IMG/VR virus record: IMGVR_UViG_3300005937_000414
Coordinates: 4,117 to 68,116 of that record
Origin: a virus
Taxonomy: Duplodnaviria > Caudoviricetes
Reading direction: 5' to 3' (one strand)
Length of the DNA: 64,000 bases
The notes beneath the pieces were generated by a model. That model was not told the DNA's origin. It saw only the letters and a program-made list of their open reading frames with translations, and searched no databases. How positions within the stretch are numbered: the first letter of the stretch is position 1; every line of letters begins with the position of its first letter. Both the position numbers and the translations under genes were made by a program. Of this stretch, positions 52,820-61,759 are shown piece after piece.

Positions 52820-53722
52820 ATGGGGTCGAGATTCAAGATCTTCGAGAGCACCGGCCTCGCCCCCAACGGGCGTCTCTATGCCGGAGATCTCAACCAGATG
52901 CAGGACAGCTACGCCGATCAGACGAACCTGTCTCAGGAAGTCGGCGTAGCCGCGTTGACGATTGGCGAGACTGCACTGAAATTGCTGCGATACGGAACCG
53001 GTGAGGCGCGGTTGTCCGGGTTGCTGCGCATCGACGGCATCCTGCGCGGCCTGGGAGGGCTGTACGCGGGTGCGTTCACGACGGCGCAGCGCGATGCCAT
53101 CGCGGCAGGCTCGCGCCCGTACGGACTGATCATCCTCAACACGACGACGAATCAGATCGAGTGGAACAAGGGCACGGACGCCACGCCGAACTGGCAGCCC
53201 ATCGCTCCGGTTTTAGGCTCTGGGTCTATTACCGGCTCGATGCTGGCCCCGAACAGCGTGGACTCCTCGAAGATCGTAGACGGCACTGTGACGTACGCAG
53301 ACCTGGATGGAGGGTTGAAGCCGACTGTGAGCGCGGCGGCCGGTGCAGAGGCTCTCAGAGCCTTGGGGACGGGTGCCAGCACAGCCTGCGCCGGGAACGA
53401 CATCCGCCTGACAGGTATCGCGGGCGTGAGCACGCCGACGGCCAGCTACACGCTTGTGATCTCGGACGCAGGCGGCATGGTGCGCATGAACGTCGCCAGC
53501 GCGAACACGCTGACCGTTCCGGCCAATGCGACGGTCGGCTTCCCCGTCGGGACGATTGTCAACGTCGTGCAGTACGGAGCGGGCCAGACGACGATTGCCG
53601 CCGCCGGAGGAGTCACGCTGCGCGTGATCCCCGGCTTGAAATTGGTCGGCCAGTACGCGATGGCGTCGCTCGTCAAGGTCGCGACGGACGAGTGGGTCGT
53701 CTCGGGGAACCTGTCGGCATGA
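52820..53722 (+). CDS. tail fibre protein
   Basis: After the baseplate wedge genes; GSITGSMLA...VDSSKI repeat and a C-terminal fibre module (SYTLV...QYGAGQTTI). Confidence 0.75.
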   Translation: MGSRFKIFESTGLAPNGRLYAGDLNQMQDSYADQTNLSQEVGVAALTIGETALKLLRYGTGEARLSGLLRIDGILRGLGGLYAGAFTTAQRDAIAAGSRPYGLIILNTTTNQIEWNKGTDATPNWQPIAPVLGSGSITGSMLAPNSVDSSKIVDGTVTYADLDGGLKPTVSAAAGAEALRALGTGASTACAGNDIRLTGIAGVSTPTASYTLVISDAGGMVRMNVASANTLTVPANATVGFPVGTIVNVVQYGAGQTTIAAAGGVTLRVIPGLKLVGQYAMASLVKVATDEWVVSGNLSA

Positions 53723-54498
53723 GGATCCTCGCGCACCCAGGTGACCTGATCGCACCTTCCTGCGTTTTCACCAGTCCGGCTGCCGGGAACGTCGCGGACA
53801 CAATAACGATCTCGGTCAACGCGACGGACAACTACGGTGTGGCGGGGGTGCAGTTCAAGATCGACGGCGCGAACATCGGTGCGGAGGACACGTCACCACC
53901 TTTTTCAACTACCCTTGACACGCATATGTACGCGAACGGCGGGCACACGCTTACTGCGGTTGCGCGTGACGCAAAAGGAAATTCAACGACTGTCAACCGG
54001 AGCATTAACGTGGCCAACTCGCCTCCGGCGGCGGGCTTCGTCTTCTGGGGCGACTTGATGCAACCGGATGGCGAAGGTGGCTGGACGAGCTATCGCTCTG
54101 GAGCAGCAAATTACGGCGACCGCTACAGCACCCTGATCTTGAATGCTACGTCCTGGTGGGGCGGGCCGGGGCAAGGAGCCGGTGCGCTTCCGGTTCTCAA
54201 TCTGCCGGGCAATCCCGACTCGACTCACTATCAGATGCATATTCAGATGTGGGCAGGCAGGCTCGAAGGCGGCAGCGAGCACAACGTCGTGCGCATGTCA
54301 CTTGTCTGGTACGGCAGCGAGTATGAGATGTTCAACCAGCAAATTACTGTTTACAACGGGCTGGTCGGGCCTGTATTCGATGCAAACGGCGGCGAGCCGA
54401 TGCAGTGGCTGCGCTGGGCGAACGACCCCGGCTGGAACGACGGCTTCACGCAGGACATTCGCATCTACTACTATTTCACTCCGAAGTACGCAAGCTAG
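53719..54498 (+). CDS. bacterial Ig-like (Big) domain virion protein
   Basis: ATDNYGVAGVQFKIDG...NGGHTLTAVARDAKGN. Confidence 0.8.
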   Translation: MRILAHPGDLIAPSCVFTSPAAGNVADTITISVNATDNYGVAGVQFKIDGANIGAEDTSPPFSTTLDTHMYANGGHTLTAVARDAKGNSTTVNRSINVANSPPAAGFVFWGDLMQPDGEGGWTSYRSGAANYGDRYSTLILNATSWWGGPGQGAGALPVLNLPGNPDSTHYQMHIQMWAGRLEGGSEHNVVRMSLVWYGSEYEMFNQQITVYNGLVGPVFDANGGEPMQWLRWANDPGWNDGFTQDIRIYYYFTPKYAS

Positions 54499-54507
54499 GT
54501 GGTGAAG

Positions 54508-55461
54508 ATGAGCGAGTGGTATGAAAAAGCTTACCGTGGAGGAGGGCCGGTTCAGGTGAAGTTCCCCCGGCCGTTGTACCCTCCTGACGCGGCTGCCAAG
54601 GGCAAGACGCCTTCCAAGGACGGCCCGGACGTGGTTGCGTACAAGCGGGCGATTTGCCATGCGGGGCGCTGGGGCGAATGGGCACCCGATACCTGGGACG
54701 ACTCGTTTTCCAACGCGTTTTCACACGGCAAAGGCCCGAACGTGAAGGACACGGGGATAGCAGGTTTTCAACGTCAACAGAAGTTGGACGATACCGGCTG
54801 GATCGGGGAGAAGACGTTCAACAACATGCGCTATGCGCTGATCTCCGACCCGAGCGCACCGCATTACGGCGAGCCGATCCTCGACTCGGTGTGCGTCGAT
54901 CTGCTCGAACAGGCGTATGAAATGTTCAACGAGCCGCCTGAAGAAGCCAAGCTGACACGAAAACAGATACCGAGTCCCAACTACTCCAGCAGGGGTGGCC
55001 TGGACGTGCGGTTGATCGTGCTCCACACCGCCGAGGGAGCGACGACCATCGAATCACTCGGCTCCTGGTTCGCAAACCCCGCCAACGATGTCTCCTCGCA
55101 CACCGGCATCGATGACAAGGCCGGTGTAATCGGTGAGTACGTGCGCAGGGATTACAAAGCCTGGACGGCAATGAACGCCAACCCGGTCGCCGTGCAGACC
55201 GAGTTGTGCGCCTTCGCCAAGTGGAGCACGAGCGAGTGGAACAAGCACCCCAACATGCTTGAAAACTGCGCACGCTGGATCGCAGAGGAAGCCGCACATT
55301 TCGACATACCGATTACCAAGCTGACCCCCTCACAGGCACAGGGCAGCGGTCGCGGGGTCTGCCAGCACGCCGATCTCGGATCGTGGGGCGGCGGTCACTG
55401 GGACTGCGGGTCTGGTTTTCCGATTGACAAGGTGCTGGACATGGCGCAAGGAGGTGTGTAA
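54508..55461 (+). CDS. endolysin (PG-binding-like N-terminus plus Amidase_2)
   Basis: FQRQQKL...TGWIG; IVLHTAEG, SSH, ELC, CQH, HWDCG. Confidence 0.88.
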   Translation: MSEWYEKAYRGGGPVQVKFPRPLYPPDAAAKGKTPSKDGPDVVAYKRAICHAGRWGEWAPDTWDDSFSNAFSHGKGPNVKDTGIAGFQRQQKLDDTGWIGEKTFNNMRYALISDPSAPHYGEPILDSVCVDLLEQAYEMFNEPPEEAKLTRKQIPSPNYSSRGGLDVRLIVLHTAEGATTIESLGSWFANPANDVSSHTGIDDKAGVIGEYVRRDYKAWTAMNANPVAVQTELCAFAKWSTSEWNKHPNMLENCARWIAEEAAHFDIPITKLTPSQAQGSGRGVCQHADLGSWGGGHWDCGSGFPIDKVLDMAQGGV

Positions 55462-55581
55462 ATGCATGGGCAGCCTGAAGAGGAAGTCGAGTGGCCCGAG
55501 CCGAAGGAAGACCCTGAAGAAGAACCGGACGAGCCGTGGGCACGCGACGATGAAAAAGACGACAAGAAGGACGAGCCGTAA
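55462..55581 (+). CDS. 39-aa very acidic peptide
   Basis: MHGQPEEEVEWPEPKEDPEEEPDEPWARDDEKDDKKDEP; SD GGAGG; abuts the lysin and overlaps the holin start. Confidence 0.55.
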   Translation: MHGQPEEEVEWPEPKEDPEEEPDEPWARDDEKDDKKDEP

Positions 55582-55775
55582 TGTCGGTCATCGCACCATA
55601 CGCCAAGGCAATCATCGCAGCGCTCGTTGCGTTTCTCACGGCGATCTCGACCGGTCTGGTTGCAGATGGCCTTTCCTGGAGCGAGATCGTCACCTCACTG
55701 ATCGCCCTGCTTGTCGCAGCAGGAGCGGTTTTCACAGTTCCGAACCGGCCCAAGAATTCTGTCGAAACGCAGTGA
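55581..55775 (+). CDS. holin
   Basis: 64 aa, two TM segments, YAKAIIAA...VFTVPN actinophage holin pattern. Confidence 0.8.
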   Translation: MSVIAPYAKAIIAALVAFLTAISTGLVADGLSWSEIVTSLIALLVAAGAVFTVPNRPKNSVETQ

Positions 55776-55999
55776 CTCTTGTTGCGATTTCGGAAATTCT
55801 GACAGATCCTGCTGCCTGGGGGGCGTTCTTGACAGGAGTAGGTAGCGTGATCGGTGCTATGTTTTCATTAAAGCGGACACGCAATCGGGCCGAGGACGAG
55901 TGCAAGCGGCGCATCCAGGAAATTCGGACGGCATTTGCACAGGGAACTAAGTTCGAGAGAAAGGCCGGGGAACGTGGTAGGAGGTCGGCTGAAAAATGA
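55772..55999 (+). CDS. membrane protein (lysis cassette)
   Basis: One TM segment plus charged tail; GTGA overlap. Confidence 0.6.
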   Translation: MTLVAISEILTDPAAWGAFLTGVGSVIGAMFSLKRTRNRAEDECKRRIQEIRTAFAQGTKFERKAGERGRRSAEK

Positions 56000-56418
56000 T
56001 CGAGAGAGCAAGGGATTTTTTGAACGCATACCCGCCGCTCGCTCTGGCAGCGATGCTTGCAGGACTGCTGCTGGCCGGGACATCGGGCTTTTTCGCAGCC
56101 AGTGCGCTTGGCATAGGCTCGCAGGAGCCAATCAGGACGGTCACGATCAACGCCGGAGCAGGAGAGCAGGGGCCACCTGGCCCACCTGGGCCACAAGGTG
56201 AAAAAGGGGAACAGGGCGAACAGGGCATACAAGGTGAAAAAGGAGAGCCTGGTGCCCAGGGCGCTCAAGGCCCGGCTGGGCCTCCAGGCCCGAAAGGCGA
56301 CCCCGGCCCACAAGGCCCGTCGGGAGCCACGACATGCCCGAACGGGTTTTCACACGGCATCCTCGTCATCAACGCACCAGGAGGGCAGGTAACCCAGTTC
56401 ACATGCCTGAAAGACTAA
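55996..56418 (+). CDS. membrane-anchored collagen-repeat protein
   Basis: TM segment, (GXY)n, terminal C...C pair. Confidence 0.75.
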   Translation: MIERARDFLNAYPPLALAAMLAGLLLAGTSGFFAASALGIGSQEPIRTVTINAGAGEQGPPGPPGPQGEKGEQGEQGIQGEKGEPGAQGAQGPAGPPGPKGDPGPQGPSGATTCPNGFSHGILVINAPGGQVTQFTCLKD

Positions 56419-56771
56419 ATGAAAAAAGAAGCGCAGCCGACACCGCCGTCGTGATCCTGGCGGGTGGCCTGGCCGCAACGGTCGTGATTCTCACGACGGG
56501 CGTGCTCGTTAACACGATTCGCAACAATGGGGCAGGGCTTGGTGAAAACGCCACACAGGTGCTGCTCACCTGCCTGGGCGGCATCATTGCCTTGCTTGGC
56601 TCGTTTATCGGCTATGCGTTCGGCAAGCGGGTCGCTTCCGATGAAAACAACGGAGACGAGCATAGCATCGTCGGCTGGACGCAGCCGATACCACCCCCGA
56701 CACCCCCTCCCCCGCCGCATCCTCCGGACGAAGAGCCGACGAAAGTCGATTGGCCCAAGCGCAACGAGTGA
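56403..56771 (+). CDS. two-TM membrane protein with Pro-rich tail
   Basis: Two hydrophobic segments, [14 protein letters not shown]. Confidence 0.65.
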   Translation: MPERLNEKRSAADTAVVILAGGLAATVVILTTGVLVNTIRNNGAGLGENATQVLLTCLGGIIALLGSFIGYAFGKRVASDENNGDEHSIVGWTQPIPPPTPPPPPHPPDEEPTKVDWPKRNE

Positions 56772-57538
56772 TGCGCTACGGCAAGAGAGAGCCGGAGTAC
56801 GACGAGCGCACGATCCAGTTCTCGAAGTTCCTGGACGCAGATTTTCACGCTCCGACCAAGTTCGACTTCGACCGCAATCGGGCTGAGATCCCCATCTCGG
56901 ACTGGGGATCACAGAATTACAGCTGTGACGTGATCGCTTCCCAGGCCAACCAGCTTTTGCGCTTCGGCCGCATTGACGAGCGCAGGACGCTGCCGCTCAA
57001 CCAGCGCGATGTCATCAACCGCTACAAGAGACTCTCAGGCTCGAAGCGGAACCACGACGAGCAGGACGTGGGTCTGACGATGCTCAAAGCTTTTCAAGCA
57101 TGGAAGAGCGGCTGGAAGCTGGGCGGCAAGGATTACAAAATCGCGCTGTACGGGGAGATCTTCCCGAACGAGCACGACTTGCTGCGTACGTCGATCTACA
57201 TTTTCAGAGGCGTGCACTTCGGCTTCTGGCTGCCCAAGGCGGTCGAGGGAAATTTCACGGTCTGGGACTGGAAAGGCGAGAACGGGCAGGACTGGAAGGC
57301 AGGCGGACTGGGTGGCACGGTCGGCTACTGCAAGGCGTACAACTCGTACGTATACGAGGTAATTCTGTGGGGAAATCCCATTCGTGTCACGAACTCGTTC
57401 GTTGAAAAATACTGCGACGAGTGCTGGATCGCCGTGGAGACGCTCGACTACTGGGCCAAGACGGTGCTTGACTTGCGCTCTCTGATCATGCTATATCCCT
57501 CCCTGGCAGAGCACTACAACCAACCGAAAGGCGGGTGA
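56771..57538 (+). CDS. papain-like (C1/C39-type) peptidase homologue, possibly inactive
   Basis: Layout matches actinophage lysin peptidases (D-x-G, I...G-x-x-FG-x-x-LP, WG...F-x-x-KY-x-DE), but the GDC and GGH motifs read SCD and GGT. Confidence 0.55.
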   Translation: MRYGKREPEYDERTIQFSKFLDADFHAPTKFDFDRNRAEIPISDWGSQNYSCDVIASQANQLLRFGRIDERRTLPLNQRDVINRYKRLSGSKRNHDEQDVGLTMLKAFQAWKSGWKLGGKDYKIALYGEIFPNEHDLLRTSIYIFRGVHFGFWLPKAVEGNFTVWDWKGENGQDWKAGGLGGTVGYCKAYNSYVYEVILWGNPIRVTNSFVEKYCDECWIAVETLDYWAKTVLDLRSLIMLYPSLAEHYNQPKGG

Positions 57539-57608
57539 TCTCAGCAAAACAAAGGGACGACGGGTGAAATTTGCCCGCTGGCTTTGCAAGCTGACAAAGG
57601 AGCGTTCT

Positions 57609-57956
57609 TTGAAAACCAAGCTGTTGAAAACGGTTGCTGTCCTCTGGCTTGCGCTAGGGGGCGCAGCCGCACAAGAGACAGCCTTGGCACAGGGCACTAC
57701 GTCGAAGTGGCTGTGGAACGCGTTCATGTGCATCCATCGTTACGAAGGCTCGTGGAGTGCGAACACGGGCAACGGCTACTACGGCGGTTTACAGATGGAC
57801 TGGAATTTCATGAGAGCATACGGCCCCGAGTATCTGAGGCGATGGGGGCCAGCACACAACTGGCCGCCGTCCGTGCAGATCGAAGTCGCATCGCGCGCCT
57901 GGAAAACCCGTGGCTTCGGGCCGTGGCCGAACACACGCAGGATGTGTGGCGTTTGA
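57609..57956 (+). CDS. secreted Rpf-like transglycosylase
   Basis: Signal peptide KTKLLKTVAVLWLALGGAAA; CIHRYEG...NTGNGYYGGLQ...QIEVA...GFGPWP; TTG start after AAGGAG. Confidence 0.85.
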   Translation: MKTKLLKTVAVLWLALGGAAAQETALAQGTTSKWLWNAFMCIHRYEGSWSANTGNGYYGGLQMDWNFMRAYGPEYLRRWGPAHNWPPSVQIEVASRAWKTRGFGPWPNTRRMCGV

Positions 57957-58068
57957 GGAGGTGAAAATGCCCAATCTTCGCGATCCACTGCTCCCCCAGT
58001 GGATCATTGCAATTGCATTCGTCTTGCTGCTCCTGTTCGGCTTCGACTGGATCAGCTAAGCTCAGGCC

Positions 58069-58126
58069 GAGAGGCTCGCCAGGCTAAGCCGCAGTCCCCT
58101 TCGGGGGAGCCTGCGAGCCTCTCTTT
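58069..58126 (+). terminator. branched hairpin/terminator
   Basis: GAGAGGCTCG/CGAGCCTCTC plus CAGGCT/AGCCTG enclosing a UUCG hairpin, then TTT. Confidence 0.55.
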
Positions 58127-58158
58127 ATCGCTCTTTCCAGGCGTTATCCGGTTCCATA

Positions 58159-58187
58159 TTGACTTCGGGATCGAGAGGGCGTATGCT
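58159..58187 (+). promoter_or_regulatory. promoter for the replication module
   Basis: TTGACT-N17-TATGCT. Confidence 0.65.
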
Positions 58188-58342
58188 CGCTCCTACGTCA
58201 GGTGATTCACCGATGGATCCGATTCTGCGGTGAATTTTCCTTTCGTCGGCAGCAGTTGAGGGAGGGTCTGCGGATCCTCCCTCGCTGTTTGGGCCGACAT
58301 TTGAAATTCCGACAAGAGAAAGAGCCGAGAAAGGAAGGTTAC

Positions 58343-58636
58343 GTGATACATTTCCTATTTTGTGCGGATTGTCACGAGCGGGTTCCACTCTCCGGTGGGG
58401 TTTTCACTGGACGTCGAATGTTCGGTCGAACGAGCGCGAGCCGTCAGGCGAGCGCTCAGCCTACGGGAAGTTGCAAGGCGGGTTTTCTGGTTTTAGCCCG
58501 AAGCGCCTTCGCGAAAGCTCACCCCCCTTTAAAGGGGGGTGGTTTCCGGAAAGCTAGGGCGGAGGGGGTGTGGGGGAACCCATTTTCAACTCTGAATCGA
58601 CCCAGGGTTAAGGCGGCGGTTGAAAATGTCTGTTGA
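58343..58636 (+). CDS. possible 97-aa protein
   Basis: GTG after AAAGGAAGG, CADC motif; region is palindrome-rich and may be non-coding. Confidence 0.35.
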   Translation: MIHFLFCADCHERVPLSGGVFTGRRMFGRTSASRQASAQPTGSCKAGFLVLARSAFAKAHPPLKGGGFRKARAEGVWGNPFSTLNRPRVKAAVENVC

Positions 58637-59984
58637 ATCGCTCGTGATCGCTGCGCTTTCGAGCGAAGGCAGCCTCAAGAAGGCGTTCATGGCCGGGATC
58701 GATGTGGATGCATTCGAGATCTGCGACGACGAGTTCGCCTGGATGGTTCGGCGCACGGAATCGAAGATGCCGATCACGCCGATCTTCTTCAAACGGAAAT
58801 TCCCGGAGTTCGACTTCGTGGTTTCGGAGGAGTCCACGACCGATCTGATCGAGGAACTGAAAAAAGAGCGGGCATACGTCGCGATTTCCTCTGCCATAGA
58901 GGAGATGCTAGGAGGGGATGAGCCTCTCGATGCCGATAACGCGCTCTACAAGTTCGACAGCTTCAGGGAAGTCCTTGAGGAGGTACGCAGTCAGGTAGCC
59001 AGGGTCGATTCGCTGGTGATGGTCAAGGCTGGCTGGCAAGCGCACTATCAGAAAATGAAAAACCTCGCCTCCTTGCGCCAGAACGGGGAGATTCCTGGAA
59101 TCCCTACAGGACTTGCACACCTGGACTTGCACTGGGGAGGACTTCAGGGCGAGACAACATACCTGTACCTGGGCAGGCCAGGAGATGCCAAGTCGTTTTC
59201 ACTCGCCCAACTCGTGGTTGAGGCTGCGTGGAACGGCTACCGTGCAGTCGTGTTCTCGCCGGAGATGAGCGAGCACCAACACTTCGCAAGATTTCACACC
59301 CTCCTCTCTGCCAAGAAGGAGGTGCAGGAAGCATGTGGACTCAACGAGGCATTCCCAAATCGGCTCTTGCGCGAAGGTCGCGGTTTCAACTTGAAAACGT
59401 ATCGCCGCTTCTGCCAGTGGCTGGAGTCAGAGCTTCGAGGCGAGATGGTGCTCTTCACTCAGAAGTACCGGCGGGAACAGATGTCCGTTAGCTACATTCG
59501 CTCGCATCTCAGGGAGGTCGAGGCGGATCTCGTCGTGGTCGATCCGCTTTACAAGCTGCGTCCTCCACGTCGTCGTGGTACGCGTTGGGAGGAACTTGGC
59601 GAGATCACCGACGCGCTGATGAATTTGGCGCACGAGTACAACATACCCGTCGTAATTTCAAATCAGGCGAACCGAGCGTTGATCGGCAAGGACGACGCGC
59701 CGAGTATGAATTCATCCTTCGGATCCGATGCTCCTGTGCAGGAAGCGGATACTGTGATCGGTGTCAGGCATATGGACTCCGATCGGAAGCTCAAGTTTTC
59801 ATGCACAAAAAATCGTTACGGAGAACGCTTCAAGTTCGAGGCACGCTTCTTGCCCAACTTCGGGGTCGTTCAGGACATCACGCCGCTGAAGGATGTCTAT
59901 GCTCGTGGATTCGATACCGATCAGCTTGAAAAGCTGGAGGCTCAACTCGAAGAAGAGGAAGCGGAGCACGATACGTACAAATGA
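58626..59984 (+). CDS. DnaB-like replicative helicase
   Basis: GRPGDAKS Walker A variant, FSPEM, VVVDPLY, QANR, QEAD, KNRYG. Confidence 0.9.
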   Translation: MSVESLVIAALSSEGSLKKAFMAGIDVDAFEICDDEFAWMVRRTESKMPITPIFFKRKFPEFDFVVSEESTTDLIEELKKERAYVAISSAIEEMLGGDEPLDADNALYKFDSFREVLEEVRSQVARVDSLVMVKAGWQAHYQKMKNLASLRQNGEIPGIPTGLAHLDLHWGGLQGETTYLYLGRPGDAKSFSLAQLVVEAAWNGYRAVVFSPEMSEHQHFARFHTLLSAKKEVQEACGLNEAFPNRLLREGRGFNLKTYRRFCQWLESELRGEMVLFTQKYRREQMSVSYIRSHLREVEADLVVVDPLYKLRPPRRRGTRWEELGEITDALMNLAHEYNIPVVISNQANRALIGKDDAPSMNSSFGSDAPVQEADTVIGVRHMDSDRKLKFSCTKNRYGERFKFEARFLPNFGVVQDITPLKDVYARGFDTDQLEKLEAQLEEEEAEHDTYK

Positions 59985-60268
59985 AAACCAGTGCCAAGAG
60001 GAGGTACATAATGGGCACAGGAGAGATCGTGGATTTTTCAAAGCCAGCGAAGAACCCGCCCGTCGAAGGCACGCAGCAGCCGCAGGAGATCCAGCGTCTG
60101 TCCGGCTCGCAGGGAGTGCCGCACGGTGTCGAGGTGCGCGTGCACGAGACGGTCACGGTCGAGAACGACAAGCTGCGCAGCATGGTACGCAGGCCGGGGG
60201 ATCCTGAAATCCGGGTCAGGGACGGTAATCCCAAAGAGTGGGAGGAGACGAAGCGGAACGATGATTAA
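59981..60268 (+). CDS. hypothetical protein
   Basis: 95 aa (alternative ATG at 60011 after GAGGAGG). Confidence 0.6.
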   Translation: MKTSAKRRYIMGTGEIVDFSKPAKNPPVEGTQQPQEIQRLSGSQGVPHGVEVRVHETVTVENDKLRSMVRRPGDPEIRVRDGNPKEWEETKRNDD

Positions 60269-60674
60269 TTTCATCTGCGGTTGCACGTCCAAGATGGATC
60301 TCCCGACCGACGAGAGCAGCTTCAAGACGTTCGATTCGGTCGTGCTCGACCAGGAGGGCTTCGTCATCTGCCAGGTTCACCGCGAGCGCAGGTACGGCTG
60401 GCGTTCCGTGCCCTATACGGCGCAAGCCCCTCAGCAGGCTCTCACAGCCGGTATGACGGCCTTGGAACACGAAAGGTGGCTCGTGTGGGGGGAAGTGCCT
60501 CGAACGCGTCCCTGGCCCTCTCAGAGCCGCACAGAGGATCGTAGGGACAACAGAGATCCACAAGAGATCGGTGCTGAAATTCTTCGGAAGAACATCTGGA
60601 ACGAGACGAGCCTGGGGCCGCCACCTTCAAGTGCGGCCCAGAACGGAGGACAGCTTGAAATTCCGGGGACGTGA
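60261..60674 (+). CDS. hypothetical protein
   Basis: 137 aa, CGC...CQVH. Confidence 0.65.
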   Translation: MINFICGCTSKMDLPTDESSFKTFDSVVLDQEGFVICQVHRERRYGWRSVPYTAQAPQQALTAGMTALEHERWLVWGEVPRTRPWPSQSRTEDRRDNRDPQEIGAEILRKNIWNETSLGPPPSSAAQNGGQLEIPGT

Positions 60675-61683
60675 CATAGATCCGGTCGCGCTCTGGTCGG
60701 AGTACGTCGAGTTTCCGAGTAACACGAAGGAGGACGGTTCCGAGTTCTCGCCGCTCGTGTTCTGCCCCAATCCACAGCACGACAATTTCAGATCTCCGGC
60801 CTTCCAGGTCAACCTGCGGCTGCCGCTCGTTCATTGCTTCAGCCGCTGCGGTATCGGCGGCACGTACGAGCACGCCGTGGCCATGATTCACGGTCTGTAT
60901 GAAAAGCATCAGGTCAGCGAGGCGACGAACGAGCGTGAGAGGACGATTCGCCGCCGCAAGGCAGAGCGTGAGGCGAGAAAGATCATCCTGCGCGGGGCCA
61001 AGACGAGTGTTTTTACGAGAGTGCACGACGAGAAGCGCCCTGTCGCCAAGACGAAGTATGCTCGCAAGCTGGAGTACGAGCGCTTCATGCCCGAAGCCGG
61101 ACTTCGGTATTTGAAATCGCGTGGGGTCAGTGGCCGGGAGATCTCGCTGTGGGAGTTGGGCTGGGATCCTGAAAACCAGCGGATCGTGATTCCGGGCAAC
61201 GACGAGAACGGCCGCCTGCGCTTTTTGATCAAGCGGGCCGTCAAGGAGAGCCAACAGCCCAAGTACCTGTACACGGAAGGCTTCGAGAAGACGAGCGTAC
61301 TGTTCGGGGCCGACACGGTTCTGAAAAACCCGGCTGGGATTATCCTGGTCGAGGGCAGTTTGGATGTGATCAAGCTCTCCAAGTACGGACTGCCCGCCGT
61401 GGGCATCCTCGGTACCGGAATTTCAGATCGCCAGCGCAGCATCATCTCGAACTTGCGGCCCAAGTCGATTTTTCTCATGTTCGACAAGGACGCTGCGGGC
61501 GTGCGCAACATCGAGATCGCGTACGAGATGCTCAAGCACTACCCTTTGCACGTATGCCGGTACCCGAAAGGAAAATCGGATCCGGCCGAACTGAGCGAGA
61601 AAGAGGCCGAGCACTCGATTCGAGGAGCGATTCCGATTCTGATTTGGCGTAAACGGCTCAGAGAGCGGCAAACTCGGCCTTGA
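60655..61683 (+). CDS. DnaG-like primase (Zn finger plus TOPRIM)
   Basis: CPNPQH...HCFSRC; YLKSRG; KYLY; ILVEGSLDV; FDKDAAG. Confidence 0.9.
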   Translation: MKFRGRDIDPVALWSEYVEFPSNTKEDGSEFSPLVFCPNPQHDNFRSPAFQVNLRLPLVHCFSRCGIGGTYEHAVAMIHGLYEKHQVSEATNERERTIRRRKAEREARKIILRGAKTSVFTRVHDEKRPVAKTKYARKLEYERFMPEAGLRYLKSRGVSGREISLWELGWDPENQRIVIPGNDENGRLRFLIKRAVKESQQPKYLYTEGFEKTSVLFGADTVLKNPAGIILVEGSLDVIKLSKYGLPAVGILGTGISDRQRSIISNLRPKSIFLMFDKDAAGVRNIEIAYEMLKHYPLHVCRYPKGKSDPAELSEKEAEHSIRGAIPILIWRKRLRERQTRP

Positions 61684-61759
61684 TTATTCGTCCCAGGGAT
61701 GGTAGCTTAACCAGACAAGCCTGAATGCCAGGCACCCGACGAAGGAGAACATCACCGAG

